DNA of 63,830 nucleotides, filler included, from Limisphaerales bacterium (lineage in GTDB: Bacteria > Verrucomicrobiota > Verrucomicrobiia > Limisphaerales > SIBE01): the NCBI GenBank assembly GCA_044225505.1. It is 8 parts of 8 records of this genome, joined end to end, with 100 filler letters (N's around TTAATTAATTAA, not from the genome) between each part and the next. Parts side by side here need not be neighbours in the genome. Positions count along the whole stretch, not along the records: positions 27,000 to 35,432 come from JBGAIN010000263.1; positions 35,533 to 44,247 come from JBGAIN010000264.1; 6 more parts are not named here. One strand, given 5' to 3'. The notes beneath the pieces were generated by a model. That model was not told the origin of the DNA, ran no database searches, and saw only the letters and a list, made by a program, of their open reading frames with translations. Made by a program: the position numbers and the translations under genes. Below, one piece after another: positions 28,458 through 39,901 of the stretch. Positions within the stretch are counted from its first letter, which is position 1. The number at the start of each line of letters is the position of its first letter.

Positions 28458-30563
28458 CTATTTCGACAAACCCGCCGTTACGGGCCGGATTTCGCTGCGG
28501 ACCGGCCAGGACGCACGATGGATGTCCTGATAAAGCCCGATCCTCTCAAATGGAATCTCCTGAAACCCAAGTCGAAACGCTGGTGAATCGGGGAGCAGCC
28601 GAAAGTCCCGCCTGGACCGGTCCTGGAAATGCGGATCCTGGTCGACGAGATTGTCTTGCGCAGTGAGAAACGGCCGAGCTTGCGACTCAATTTCGTCCCA
28701 TCGCCCGCCGGAACGAATATTACACCGAATTAGGTTTCCTTTGGGAGCCCATGGATTCTCCTGGAGGATCTGGACCAACTCCGGATAGCGTTCACTGTAG
28801 GGTCGATTCCGATATTCAACACCGGATAAAGTGCCCTTTTCGTGCCCCTCTTTAACCCACTCATCCGCGTGATATTTCGCCCACCCGAGCGCCCGCGCAT
28901 CGACATGGATCGCAGGATTGCAGTCGACAAACACATTGCCTTCAATCCGGCAATCTCGCCCGCCGCCGACAAACGCCGCTCGGGTGACCTTAACAAACAG
29001 ATTGCCCACAATCTCCGTCCCGCAGTACATGTCGTCCAAATAGACCCCGACGCAGCCGCGGCCTTCGAACCCAGTGATATCGTGGAGGTAATTGTTGGCA
29101 ATCGTTGTACCACGCATCGTCCAGTCCCGGCCGGCGTAAATCGCGCCGGCATCGTTCGATTCGAAACAAACGCTGTGAATCTCGTTTCGCTCGATTCGAT
29201 GGTCGTTTCCGCTGAACGAGATCGCCTGATGCGGCGCGTTGTCTATCAGGTTGTGAGTCGCTTTTAGCCCAACGCCCGCCAAACTCAGTCCTGCTGAATA
29301 CATCGGCTGCCAACGACCGTAATGGTGAATGTGATTGTTGTCTGCAAAATGGCGGGCCGGGAGTAAGGTCTTGCGATCTCCACCGCTCAGGGCGATCCCT
29401 CCAGCGCCGCACTCCGACACATCGCATCCCACGACGGCATGATCCGAACCACCCGTAACCGTGAGCGCAACTCCCCCGAGATTCCTGAGGGTACAACCAA
29501 CGACACGGTTACTTCGGCCGTTGGCGATGGTAAATGCCGTGGCGCGCGCCGCTTCGAGGATAAAACCCTCGACCGAAACGTGCGCTACGTTGTTCAAGGT
29601 CATCAACGTTGGCAGCAAGGAAACGACAACACTCGACCGGTTGATGGCCGATGGCGGCCAGAAGTAGAGAACGCCCGTTTCACGGTCGAGATACCATTCG
29701 CCAGGCTCATCGAGCTCAGCCAACAAGTTGTAAGCATAATACCATTGCCCCTTTCGATACCCGTAACCATGGTACGGAGGTTGGAGGTCAATTCTTCGCT
29801 GTGCCAGATCGATCGCCGCAACCTTTTGACGCTGATCTGCCCAGTCCCAAAACCAATAGCCGTGCAGCCAAATATCCTTCTCTGCCGCCCACCTTCTCGG
29901 TCGATCGCCGTCATACGTAAACGCTCCTTCGACACATCCCTTCGTGCCCCGAACATCCACCGGTGTAGGTCCCGACTCCTGAATTATTCGCGTAAATCCC
30001 GAATTCGGCCAGCGTGCTAGAGGCATGGGTCGATCGTCAAAGAACACCTCCAGGCCACCTCCCGCAGCGGAACCGAACTCACTAATGCCAAGCTCACGCA
30101 GGTTCGCCTGCAAGACTTTGCCACGAGCAGACTCGTCCAATCGACTTAGCACCGTTGGATCTGTTACCACGACGAACGTAGGAACAACTTTCCCTCCCAC
30201 AATTCGAACTTCTTGACCGGGTGCAGCACGGTAAACTACCGGCGCTTCGGCGGTCCCAGAATCCTCCGCCGCAAGCAGGAATGGTTTTTCCAACGGGTAA
30301 AGTCCCCTCTGCACAGTTACGGTGAAAGGCTCGGTCAGCGTTCCAGGAACGGAACGGCTTGCGCGAATCACATCACGGGCTCGATCAAGAGTGGCTAAAG
30401 GTCCGTCCGATCGCGCCGCATTTGGCGTCCGTAAAGTCCCTGACCACCCATCGAATCCCTCTTTGGCAACGTAGAGTTCACGAGCACTCAGCAACTGACC
30501 TGCCGCCAGGCCGAGGCCGACCAGGCCCAAGAATTGTTTTCGAGGATAGCACATCGAGGTCAT
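28458..30563 (-). CDS. Secreted right-handed parallel beta-helix protein (probable carbohydrate-active enzyme)
   Basis: DGPLATL, ARWPN, ELDEPGEWYLD, DAGAIY and GVYLDD motifs with Asn-ladder repeats. Confidence 0.88.
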   Translation of the reverse strand: MTSMCYPRKQFLGLVGLGLAAGQLLSARELYVAKEGFDGWSGTLRTPNAARSDGPLATLDRARDVIRASRSVPGTLTEPFTVTVQRGLYPLEKPFLLAAEDSGTAEAPVVYRAAPGQEVRIVGGKVVPTFVVVTDPTVLSRLDESARGKVLQANLRELGISEFGSAAGGGLEVFFDDRPMPLARWPNSGFTRIIQESGPTPVDVRGTKGCVEGAFTYDGDRPRRWAAEKDIWLHGYWFWDWADQRQKVAAIDLAQRRIDLQPPYHGYGYRKGQWYYAYNLLAELDEPGEWYLDRETGVLYFWPPSAINRSSVVVSLLPTLMTLNNVAHVSVEGFILEAARATAFTIANGRSNRVVGCTLRNLGGVALTVTGGSDHAVVGCDVSECGAGGIALSGGDRKTLLPARHFADNNHIHHYGRWQPMYSAGLSLAGVGLKATHNLIDNAPHQAISFSGNDHRIERNEIHSVCFESNDAGAIYAGRDWTMRGTTIANNYLHDITGFEGRGCVGVYLDDMYCGTEIVGNLFVKVTRAAFVGGGRDCRIEGNVFVDCNPAIHVDARALGWAKYHADEWVKEGHEKGTLSGVEYRNRPYSERYPELVQILQENPWAPKGNLIRCNIRSGGRWDEIESQARPFLTAQDNLVDQDPHFQDRSRRDFRLLPDSPAFRLGFQEIPFERIGLYQDIHRASWPVRSEIRPVTAGLSK

Positions 30564-30941
30564 GAAAGTCGTTGTTAGCAGCTGGATACCATCCACATTC
30601 TTGCGAAGAGCAGACAATTAACAGAAAAAACCATCGTGCCTGAGACGAGTTTCACCAGCAAGGCTTGGTCAGAGCTAGTTCTTTAAAACATTCCTCTCAC
30701 CACCCAACCTCCCCAGACATCGGGTCCGAGCTCGCTCAACTCGGACACCTACTGGAACCTGGCCAGTCTGGCTCTACCCGATTCCAGCTTAACAGAGCGA
30801 TTATCGTTAGAGTGCCTGGTGTGAAGCGTGGTTGGAGAGTTGCCGTCGTTTGCAGTCAATCGACTGGTTCGGCTCAGGGCTTCATCCACAACAAGCCTCA
30901 AGTTCTTCCCTTTGGCCTCGCTTCCGGTATAGTCGGTAGCC

Positions 30942-31748
30942 GTGGCGAAAACTTGCCTTGCCCCAGCGGAGCGACACTCTGGTGCTGTCGCCTGCATTGT
31001 AATTCCACCAGTCCGACAAGAGGCCCGACAAGAAACGGTTGCAGCGGCACTTTCTCTCCTGGGTGCTGTCCTGCTTGCCGTGAATGCCTTCGCAAACGGC
31101 GAGGCGTCCCCTGGCCAACTTGGCGGCGCCGGAGACACCATCTCAGCCGGAAATAGAATCAGCCAACCGTTGGCTCCGATTCTGCCGAGAGTCCGGCTAG
31201 ATACCGAGCAGGGGGAGATAATCTTGGAAATGAATCTGGTCGCAGCGCCGAAGACGGTTCGCAACTTTCTCGATTACGTGCGCGGCGGATTCTACCGGAA
31301 CGGCTCTTTTTTCAGAACCGTGACCCTGTCCAATCAACCAAACGATCATGTTAAGATTCAAGTCATCCAAGGCGGCGCCAATCCGAAGCGGGAAGCAGAC
31401 TTGCGCCCGGCGATCCAACTCGAACGAACCCGTGAAACAGGGTTGCAACACATGGATGGCACAATCAGTATGGCTCGCGATGGCCCGGACACTGCCCAGG
31501 ATAGCTTCTTCATTTGCCTCGGCCGACAACCGGAGCTTGATTTCGGAGGCAAGCGAAATCCAGACGGCCAAGGATTTGCCGCCTTTGGCCGAGTGGTGAA
31601 AGGCATGGACACGGTGAAGCGCATTCACGCCTTACCGTCAATGGATCAAAAACTCACACCACCCACTTTGATCCGCAGCGCAGAACTGCTGCTGGATCAG
31701 CCCGCGTCAGAACGACCGGATCGGGCCGAGCCAACCGGCGGAGAATAA
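30942..31748 (+). CDS. Cyclophilin-type peptidyl-prolyl isomerase (start uncertain)
   Basis: APKTVRNFLDYV, VIQGG, GTISMAR, FFIC and FAAFGRVVKGMD. Confidence 0.9.
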   Translation: MAKTCLAPAERHSGAVACIVIPPVRQEARQETVAAALSLLGAVLLAVNAFANGEASPGQLGGAGDTISAGNRISQPLAPILPRVRLDTEQGEIILEMNLVAAPKTVRNFLDYVRGGFYRNGSFFRTVTLSNQPNDHVKIQVIQGGANPKREADLRPAIQLERTRETGLQHMDGTISMARDGPDTAQDSFFICLGRQPELDFGGKRNPDGQGFAAFGRVVKGMDTVKRIHALPSMDQKLTPPTLIRSAELLLDQPASERPDRAEPTGGE

Positions 31749-31972
31749 ATACGGCATAGGGGTTGGCGTACTGTAGACAAAGGCCCTCCGACGCGCAGAC
31801 TCGTTCGCGTTTTTGAGACACCACGTCGCTGATTTCTGTGCGGGAGGTTCCGGCAACCATAATCGTCCTCTCGGAGCGGAAACCGAACCTTGAAAGCGAG
31901 ATCCACAGCGTTCGCGGCGACCCAATAGATTAGGGTTTTCCCCGGTGCGCTTAGGCAGGACGAAACGCGCAA

Positions 31973-32227
31973 TTAAGGCGTTTCCAGCATTGAGTCGAGC
32001 AGCCGCTTGATGTCCACAAGGCCGGTCGCTGGGATGACAATGGAATTGCGACGCCCACTGACCTCCTCGGTAATGCGAAGGAGCCGCCCTCGGATATTCT
32101 CCTGCAGCTCGAATGAGAAAGTCTTACGCTCGATCTGAACCGTTCCAGTCTTAAGAGTAACTGCTGGCACAGGCGCCTTGCGGTCCTCCGAGCCTCGAAA
32201 ACTGTGGGCACCATTGTTTAGAACCAT
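31973..32227 (-). CDS. PUR-alpha-like single-stranded nucleic-acid-binding protein
   Basis: QIERKTFSFELQENIRGRLLRITEEVSGRRNSIVIPATGL matches a PUR repeat. Confidence 0.85.
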   Translation of the reverse strand: MVLNNGAHSFRGSEDRKAPVPAVTLKTGTVQIERKTFSFELQENIRGRLLRITEEVSGRRNSIVIPATGLVDIKRLLDSMLETP

Positions 32228-32936
32228 AATAATCTCTACCCTTCCGCTGATCTGCCCGGCGACTCTCCGCCACGGCCATGTCTGGTAGGCCACCGTCCGT
32301 AGGCAACCCATCGGCCGCCGCATAGCCTAAAGCAGCAAGGTATGCCGCCGCCGAAGTAACCCATGCGAAGATTAGAAGCGCGATCATCGTAGTTTGAATA
32401 ACATTAGGCCCACACGTTATCTCACCCTATTTTGTCAATCTTAAGGCGACGCTTGCGCATGACCTTTCTGATCAACGTTTTTTCTCTGACTCGGGTGCTC
32501 GCCTTAAGGAAGAGTGGCAACGGCAATTTGGCAAGGAGATTCAAACGAATTCCTCAAAACCAGCCAACTCTGTCTAATTCCGCAACGCCATCATTCGAAA
32601 ACTCTCCAGTCGTTGGAGACAACGCTTGTCCAAAGCGATCCTCCCGTCAAAGCCACGAGCAACGGTTCTTCGGCGTGACACATCGACACTCACGACGAGT
32701 ATTTCGAGTCGATGTGCGATCGTCGATTCCCCGAAGCGTCATGTTAAGTTCGCAGCGGATTGGCAAAAACAAGCCAGATATTCGCCCGTCTCGCAACGGT
32801 TGCAGGCTAGGAAAGAGGCGAACCGCAAGCGTGCAAGCAATAAAATGTTCAGAAATAAGGATTCGGCTCGGAATTTTGGGACCATTCGTCTAAAAACCAG
32901 CAGCCGTGGCGCAATTTCTGCTACCGTAGGTAATCC

Positions 32937-33458
32937 GTGCGCGTTACACGGCGTTGCAAACGAAGAATTCAGGCGGAGCCCTTGCGTCACCCGACTGGAT
33001 TCATACTTCAAAGGGCAGAGGGGTGGCTTGAATTGGATAATCCTTCGGAAGCGCTTGTTGAACTCAACCAAATCAGCACCGGCCAAAGACTACGCCCAGA
33101 GGTCCTCCATATACGTTGGCGGGTTTACGCAATGCTCCAGAACTGGAGACGCTGCAAGGTGATCGCGCGTGCCCTGACAGAACAACAGTCGGACGACCCA
33201 CGAAGTTGGCTGTTACTGGCAAAAAGCCTGCGGAGACTGGGTAAAATCCATCACGCCTTCGCTGTCGCCACGAAACACGCGCTCGATTACCCGCGCTCTT
33301 GGCAATTGCTTTACGATACGGCTCGATATGCCTGTCTCTTAGGAAAACGAAAGGAAGCCCGACGCTACCTTTATCTGGCGATGACGGCGTGCGATCCTGC
33401 GACAATCGAACGTCGAATCTCTGTCGATCCAGACTTCCAAGACTTGCCTCCGCTCTGA
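32937..33458 (+). CDS. TPR-repeat protein (start uncertain)
   Basis: RAEGWLELDNPSEALVEL, YDTARYACLLG and terminal DPDFQDL. Confidence 0.75.
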   Translation: MRVTRRCKRRIQAEPLRHPTGFILQRAEGWLELDNPSEALVELNQISTGQRLRPEVLHIRWRVYAMLQNWRRCKVIARALTEQQSDDPRSWLLLAKSLRRLGKIHHAFAVATKHALDYPRSWQLLYDTARYACLLGKRKEARRYLYLAMTACDPATIERRISVDPDFQDLPPL

Positions 33459-33721
33459 AAGCTTGCCATGCCCTCGTAGACTCTACTCTTCTGGTGAGTG
33501 CTTCCGTGCCACGGAAAAGAACGTGTTCATCACTGATACGATCAAGGGATGGAAACCGCATCCCTCGGTTTGCCTTCTAAGGTGTTACGTTTAGGAAGAA
33601 CGTTACGATTGAAATCCCGGTGAGCTTCTGACCCAAAGCTCTCCAAAGTTGCCATCGTGATTACAGGCAACGGATGGCGTCGGGGCAGGGCCGACCTCGC
33701 CGGGCTGTTGGATGTAGACTC

Positions 33722-33919
33722 CTAAGCATCGTTGTGAGGCAAGGATTTAGCCAAGGTATCACAGACAATCTGAACGATAAGCGTTCGCTCCGGGTCACAA
33801 AACCGGTTCTGCTTGAGCGCCTCGTCGACGGCCTCCGCCAAAGTCTTGCGGTCAGGCAGAGCGGCTGGCAGTGAACAACGGTTCTCGGAACGAACCTCAA
33901 AGTGGTTGGTTTTCGTCAT
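33722..33919 (-). CDS. Possible small hypothetical protein
   Basis: 65-aa ATG-initiated ORF with an amphipathic helical pattern in an otherwise empty region. Confidence 0.3.
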   Translation of the reverse strand: MTKTNHFEVRSENRCSLPAALPDRKTLAEAVDEALKQNRFCDPERTLIVQIVCDTLAKSLPHNDA

Positions 33920-34385
33920 AGATTTAGAATGTAAGGACTTCCGTATACCGGTGCGCTATCCGGCACTACGAAGCATGCAGCGTGCCATAAAGCGTAACCG
34001 TAATTAGTTCATAGTCTCCCCCTCGTTACGTGCGAAACATCAGGTCTGTCCAATCTCGTAAACTCTCCCGAGTTTAACTACAAGAACCTCTACTCGCAGA
34101 GCTCATCCGCGTCGATTAGATGGGTAACCTATTCACAAAAACACGGTCCGCATTCGGACCAAAGAGTTTCTTAAAACTTAAGAGCCGCCAATGCAGAGGC
34201 GGCTGAGTAGATTGGCACACCTGCCAGAATGTATCTCACTGTGAAGGATCTGCAACGTCGCGGTACTACCCACCCCCAGAACAGGGAGACACCGAGCCGA
34301 CAAATTCCCAGGAGTATTTGACGTCCATCAAAGTTCAAGCACAGGATTCTCCTAAGATACGGTCCATATACCAGAGCCCTAACGG

Positions 34386-35432
34386 ATGATCGCACACAAA
34401 CCATTTTCAGGGAGCCTAAGAACACACGCAACTCGATTTCAGGCACTTACAATCGTTGCCGCCTGGATGTGCAGCTGGCCGATCGCCGCCGACTTTCAGG
34501 GCTCAACGCACATGATGCCTTTTGACGAGGAAGCGCTGCAGTACTCAAAAACCACAGATCAAAGCCGTGTCGCCCAACTGCAGACTGCTCTTCGGGAAAA
34601 CCGTAAAACGCTTCCATACGATCCCAAATTTGGATTTTTACCAGCACTCCTCCACGAGCTTGGGATCTCTACCAACTCGCAAATGCTCGTTTTTTCAAAA
34701 ACCTCATTTCAGCGGGAGCGCATTTCGCCACAGACGCCGCGAGCCATCTATTTTGGCGACGACACCTACGTGGGTTACATCCCCGGGGCGCCACTACTCG
34801 AAATCAGCGCTGTGGACCCGAATTTGGGCGCCGTATTCTATACGCTCGAGCAAAAGCCGAGGATAAAGCCCGAATTCGTGCGAACGGACCAATGTCTCGA
34901 GTGTCATGCGTCTGCCAAATCGATGGGGGTGCCCGGACATCTGGTCAGGTCATTCTTCACAGATAAGAGCGGTGTCGTCGACTTGGTTTCGGGCATCTCA
35001 CCCGTGACCCATCGCACACCGCTTGCCGAGCGGTGGGGTGGCTGGTACGTGACGGGCCAGCACGGTTCGCAAACCCATCGTGGCAATAAAATGCAAGATG
35101 CGGGGAGTGAGAGCAATGCCACCCCGTCGACAGATTCAGATAACGTCATGGACCTGCGAAGGTTTTTCGATACAACTCCGTACTTGGCTCAGGGGAGTGA
35201 TATGGTGGCGTTGATGGTCTTGGAGCACCAGACCCATCTACACAACTTCCTCACTCGATTGCATTATGCTGCCACGTTAGCGCTACAGCAGTACGGTCAC
35301 GTGAATTACTTGAAGAACGTGATTGAAGCTTTCATTAAATATTTACTGTTCACCGAAGAAGTCCAGCTCACCTCCCGTATCTCCGGCAGTTCCGAGTTTG
35401 CGAAGTGGTTTTCGCGACAAGGGCCTTTTGAC
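34386..35432 (+). CDS. Conserved PVC/Acidobacteria-type secreted protein with a CxxCH motif, 3' truncated
   Basis: SQMLVFSKTSFQ, PRAIYFGDD, CLECH, RWGGWYVTG and SDMVALMVLEHQ. Confidence 0.8.
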
Positions 35433-35532
35433 NNNNNNNNNNNNNNNNNNNNNNNNNNNNNNNNNNNNNNNNNNNNTTAATTAATTAANNNNNNNNNNNN
35501 NNNNNNNNNNNNNNNNNNNNNNNNNNNNNNNN
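35433..35532. other. Artificial contig spacer
   Basis: N44-TTAATTAATTAA-N44. Confidence 0.99.
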
Positions 35533-35542
35533 TAATCGCGTT

Positions 35543-38500
35543 ATGGACGACTTTGATCTCCTGCAAGCCTACGCGTCGGAACGAGCCGAAGATGCGTTTG
35601 CCACGCTCACGGCTCGATACCTCAACCTGGTGCACTCGGCGGCCCTGCGGCAGATGGGGGATGCCCATGCCGCAGAAGATGTTACCCAAGCCGTCTTTCT
35701 CACCTTGGCACGAAAAGCAGGGGTAATTCGGCGCGATGCCGTCCTGTCGGCTTGGCTCTTGCGAACCACGCGATTTGCTGCGGCCAACGCCCGGCGGCTC
35801 CAACAAAGACGCCAGTTCTACGAGCAACAAGCCATGCATTCAGACCCATCTTTTAGCGAATCCGAATCGGCCTGGCCGCACATCGCCCCCCTCCTCGATG
35901 AAGCCCTTGACCATTTGGGTGCTAAAGATCGAAATGCCGTGGTGCTGCGCTTCTTTGAGCACAGATCTTTGAAGGAGATCGGCACTCGGCTCGGGATGAG
36001 CGAGGACACCGCTCAGAAACGGGTCGCTCGGGCGATCGAAAAGCTGCGCGTCTTCTTTGGACGGTGGGGTAGACATGTCTCCGTATCCGTCCTAACGACT
36101 GTTATTGCCGCAAAGTCAGTCGAAGCAGCTCCAACGAGCCTGATTACTGCCGTCGGAGCTGCCGTCGCCTCAGAAGGCGTCATGACGGGCACCGCAATTG
36201 GCCTTTTGGCTCGGGCGACGGCCGGGACGCTGGCACGAGCGCGCCTGCGATTGCTGGCGACGCGGATTGGCGGGGTGGGACTTGCCGCGGGGCTTGTTGT
36301 CGTCACGGCGTTTGAATACGATCGGACTGCCGCTACCGAAACCGCCCTTCGCTCTGCGCCAGCTCTCGCACCGTCAGCTCCACCACTCCACGAACAAGTC
36401 AGAGAACGGAGGGCGATGCGTGCCCCGCGGACCAGAGGGAGACAAATCGCGTTTCAAGTGCTGGACGCAAAATCCGACGCACCCATCTCCGGTGCGCGCT
36501 TAACGCTACGATCGATTGTGGACCCGGCACAAGCGACGACGAACACATTCATCACTGACGAGCGAGGAAACGGAGTCGTCGGCTACGTGCCCGCCAAAGG
36601 CCAATCCTGGGATCATCGGATCGAGGTATTTCACGATGGCTACGTGCCAAAATTTGTGAGCTGGTCTTCGTACCAGGAGGATCGCCCCGAAGAATTGCCG
36701 GCGGCCTATTCCCTAAAACTCGATCCGGCCGTCACGATCGGCGGGTTCGTTGAGGACGAACAGAATCGGCCGATTGCCGATGTGCGCGTGGTGTTCAGCG
36801 TTTCCGGACCGAGCGTCGGTGCTTCCCGCGCCCGCGAGCGGCTCACCATGATGGGTGACTATCATACCGAAACGACGGATGCCGAGGGGCGCTGGAGCTG
36901 CAATCACGTTCCGGCTCGTTTCGGCATGATCGATTTCACCTTGGTGCACCCTCAATTTCAGGAGAAGACCTATCAGTCCGACTCGGTGGATTCGCCGAAC
37001 GGAATCAACCTGGAACGGATCGCCGAGGCGGATCTTCTCGCCCGAACGGCCGTGATGCGAATCAAACCCGGATTAGGCATCGCTGGCATTGTCATCGATG
37101 AAAATAGTCAGCCGGTCGCGGGCGCCAAAGTCACTCAAGATTTTGAGTTCAATCATCCGGAGCGCAACTTGATGACCGGAGCGGACGGGCTGTTTCGTTT
37201 CGGCAATGGCCGGCCATCTGACCTGTGGCTCACGATTCAAGCCGAAGGTTTCGCACCGATCGTCACCTCGATCGTAGCGAAGGCAAGTGTCGAGAATTTA
37301 AAGGTCATTTTGTCGCCCGGGCGGCTCCTTCGGGGCCGCGTTGTCGATGAAGCCAATGAGCCAATCCCTGGTGCGTCCATTGAAGCAGCGAGCCCGAGTG
37401 CAGATTCCCGGATGCTCTTCGAATGGCGGACAAAAACCGACGGCGACGGATTCTTTGGATGGGATGCGGCGCCTGCTCGACAGGAATATGCAATTGAGGC
37501 TTCAGGTTTTGGCGAGCAATTGCACGTTTCGCTCACGGCGGATGGAACCGAGCAATTAATTCAGCTCAAGAGGCAGAACACTGCTTCGATCCGGATCACC
37601 GGCCGGGTCCTGGATCAGGAAACGAAACGGCCTCCCTCGGCTGCTCGTGTTCAGATTTGGGAAACACGCAATGAGCCTCAGGCTGGTGGTTGGTCCACGT
37701 TCACGACCCGCCCTGAAGACACGACCCCTGATGGCGAGTTCCGATTCAGGACCTCACCGGAAACGTTGAGCTACGTGCTCGAAGGACAAGCGGACGGCTA
37801 TTGGCCCGAGAGAGTGACCAACCAGGTCACAAGCGCGGGCGAAATCCAGATCAACCTTGAACTGAGGAAAGCGCCGCTCTCCGCTGGAATAGTCCTCACG
37901 CCTTCCGGAGATCCGGCGGGTGGAGCCACCTTGGCCATCTGCGGACAGAGTGAATGGGCGGCGATGACCGAGCCTGGCAAGCTCCAGATCGGGGCGCACA
38001 GCAGCATGCCTGGCGTTTCGGCGGATTCTGCAGGCCGATTTCAGCTCCCGGCCCGAAACGCGCCCGAACTTGTCGTCATTGCCCATCCCGCCGGATTCCT
38101 CGAGGTGCCGTTCGTTGACGTAGGTTCAAACACGGTGTTGAGGTTGAAACCATGGGGACGAATTGAAGGCGTGGCCAATCTTGGAAGCAAGCCGCTCGTC
38201 GATGAAATGATCGTAATCAACCGGCTATCGACATATCTCGGGCCGCGCGTTGCTCTTCATTTCAGAGTCAGGACCGATTCGGAAGGACGCTTTGCATTCG
38301 AGAACGTCCCACCGGGAGAATGGATCGTTGTGCGTGAAATCAATGACACCCCGCTCGCGCCAGGCGCATTGCGGATTGCCGCTTACAGTCACGCAATTCC
38401 ACTGGCCGTCGAACCAGGCAACGTCACGCGGATTACCGTGGGCGGCGGCGGTCGGCCGGTTACTGGTCGAGCACTCCCGCCCGAGGCTATCCAATCAATC

Positions 38501-38926
38501 CCCTGGATTGAGAACAGTGCTGAGCTTGTGTTGAAAGTGCCTGCGCCCGAAGCTCCGGAAAGACCCCTCCGCGAAAAGTTTCAATCAGACGGCGAATTTA
38601 CCGCCGCATTGAAGGTGTTCTATACTCAAAGCGAAACGTACTGGGGATCTGACCGAGGCCTGGCGGTTCGCCGGTTACAGCGGGAATATCGAGCCATGTT
38701 TGCTCCAGACGGCACATTCCGCATCGAAGATGTCCCGCCCGGTGATTACACTCTCAAGATTGATTTAGCCGAGCCACCGCGACGTTCCAGCTCCAAGGTT
38801 ACGGAGCTAGCCCGTTTGGAAATGGATGTGACAGTTCCCTCCATAGCCGCCGACGAGGGCGCTACGACAGTCGATCTTGGCCAGCTTCAATTGCATCCGG
38901 CGCCTCAGCAGACTGTGAAGAAGTGA
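35543..38926 (+). CDS. ECF sigma factor fused to a transmembrane segment and carboxypeptidase-regulatory-like beta-sandwich repeats
   Basis: Region 2 AEDVTQAVFLTLARKA, region 4 LRFFEHRSLKEIG...QKRVARAIEKLR, and repeated GxVxDE..PIxGA / TDxxGxF units. Confidence 0.9.
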   Translation: MDDFDLLQAYASERAEDAFATLTARYLNLVHSAALRQMGDAHAAEDVTQAVFLTLARKAGVIRRDAVLSAWLLRTTRFAAANARRLQQRRQFYEQQAMHSDPSFSESESAWPHIAPLLDEALDHLGAKDRNAVVLRFFEHRSLKEIGTRLGMSEDTAQKRVARAIEKLRVFFGRWGRHVSVSVLTTVIAAKSVEAAPTSLITAVGAAVASEGVMTGTAIGLLARATAGTLARARLRLLATRIGGVGLAAGLVVVTAFEYDRTAATETALRSAPALAPSAPPLHEQVRERRAMRAPRTRGRQIAFQVLDAKSDAPISGARLTLRSIVDPAQATTNTFITDERGNGVVGYVPAKGQSWDHRIEVFHDGYVPKFVSWSSYQEDRPEELPAAYSLKLDPAVTIGGFVEDEQNRPIADVRVVFSVSGPSVGASRARERLTMMGDYHTETTDAEGRWSCNHVPARFGMIDFTLVHPQFQEKTYQSDSVDSPNGINLERIAEADLLARTAVMRIKPGLGIAGIVIDENSQPVAGAKVTQDFEFNHPERNLMTGADGLFRFGNGRPSDLWLTIQAEGFAPIVTSIVAKASVENLKVILSPGRLLRGRVVDEANEPIPGASIEAASPSADSRMLFEWRTKTDGDGFFGWDAAPARQEYAIEASGFGEQLHVSLTADGTEQLIQLKRQNTASIRITGRVLDQETKRPPSAARVQIWETRNEPQAGGWSTFTTRPEDTTPDGEFRFRTSPETLSYVLEGQADGYWPERVTNQVTSAGEIQINLELRKAPLSAGIVLTPSGDPAGGATLAICGQSEWAAMTEPGKLQIGAHSSMPGVSADSAGRFQLPARNAPELVVIAHPAGFLEVPFVDVGSNTVLRLKPWGRIEGVANLGSKPLVDEMIVINRLSTYLGPRVALHFRVRTDSEGRFAFENVPPGEWIVVREINDTPLAPGALRIAAYSHAIPLAVEPGNVTRITVGGGGRPVTGRALPPEAIQSIPWIENSAELVLKVPAPEAPERPLREKFQSDGEFTAALKVFYTQSETYWGSDRGLAVRRLQREYRAMFAPDGTFRIEDVPPGDYTLKIDLAEPPRRSSSKVTELARLEMDVTVPSIAADEGATTVDLGQLQLHPAPQQTVKK

Positions 38927-39008
38927 TGTGCCATGAGTCAGTCAAATGGTCCGTCAACTGCCGCCTAAGCATACTGCTATCGTTCACCTGCGTGCGAATG
39001 AAATGGCT

Positions 39009-39180
39009 TTACGGAACAGCCTTCGCCCCGCTTTTCGGGTCTGTTTTTAGCCCGTAAGCCACACCGCTTTCCGACAACACCCACATTTCATCACTTACCT
39101 CGGTACTCTCCGTTTCTCGCCGGGACAGGATCAGCGGTTTGATCTTCTCCACAAACCTCTCAGTCCCGAAGATACGCATA
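39009..39180 (-). pseudogene. C-terminal remnant of a REP-associated tyrosine transposase (RAYT)-like gene
   Basis: FGTERFVEKIKPLILSRRE resembles the GSxxFVE tail of these transposases. Confidence 0.45.
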
Positions 39181-39313
39181 TGTGGCAAAACGTTCGTCAC
39201 GATTGCTTGAGCCACTCCCGGACAGACCCGACAGCGTAGCCAGCAGCGCCCTTCGGTTCCTCGGGTCCGATCAGAATGGCAAGCGACACCGATCCTACAA
39301 CCGTTGCGTTACC

Positions 39314-39395
39314 ACCGCGGAACACGCGAAATACGCGGAAAGAACCCACTGCTCCACCTCTCTCTGTATTCGGCGTATTCCGCGTGTTCCGCGGT
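39314..39395. repeat. Inverted repeat built from 9-bp units
   Basis: ACCGCGGAACACGCGAAATACGCGGAA ... TTCGGCGTATTCCGCGTGTTCCGCGGT. Confidence 0.8.
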
Positions 39396-39468
39396 CCAAC
39401 TCGGAATAGATTGGCTTTTGAAATCTCGACCCATGGTCGGCCTGAGGAATCTGAGGACGGGGCAGTAG

Positions 39469-39608
39469 AGGGGTCAGCCATTAGGGCCCTGGTCAACAAG
39501 AAAAAACGTTATCTATCCGATTTTTTCAAAACGGTTTTGCCGCAGCTTTTCCGACCCGAACTCTGCCAGCAGACACGAACCTGCGTTCTCGTTGCATGAA
39601 TCGGATGT
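39469..39608 (+). repeat. About 140-bp dispersed repeat, copy 1 (GGGGTC-ended)
   Basis: AGGGGTCAGCCATTAGGGCCCTGGTCAACAAGAAAAAACG...TTGCATGAATCGGATGT; near-identical to 46953-47091. Confidence 0.9.
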
Positions 39609-39637
39609 CGCTGCAATTTCATCGTCCACAATCTGGT

Positions 39638-39815
39638 CTAAAGACCTTGCTGTGGTCCGACGAGGCGAACCGGATGGTTGGTCACGACCGTCTGACCGAA
39701 TGGATTATCTCGGCGCAGAATGATGTGACTGCCGTGCTGCCGCCTGCAAGCGAAAACCAATCGGCTCAAAGCGACAACCTGCTGCCCTGAGGAATGCAAG
39801 CCGGCAGCCTGTTCA
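39638..39815 (-). pseudogene. Degenerate HicA-family toxin remnant
   Basis: SGQQVVALSRLVFACRRQHGSHIILRRDNPFGQTVV carries the HicA RQxGSH motif; both ends decayed. Confidence 0.65.
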
Positions 39816-39901
39816 GTGAACGCCTGGCAGCACTGGTTGCCATGAGTTCCGGTTGACATCATCCCAGAAACGCCGTACTGATAGTGTCAATAAGGGTCAA
39901 T

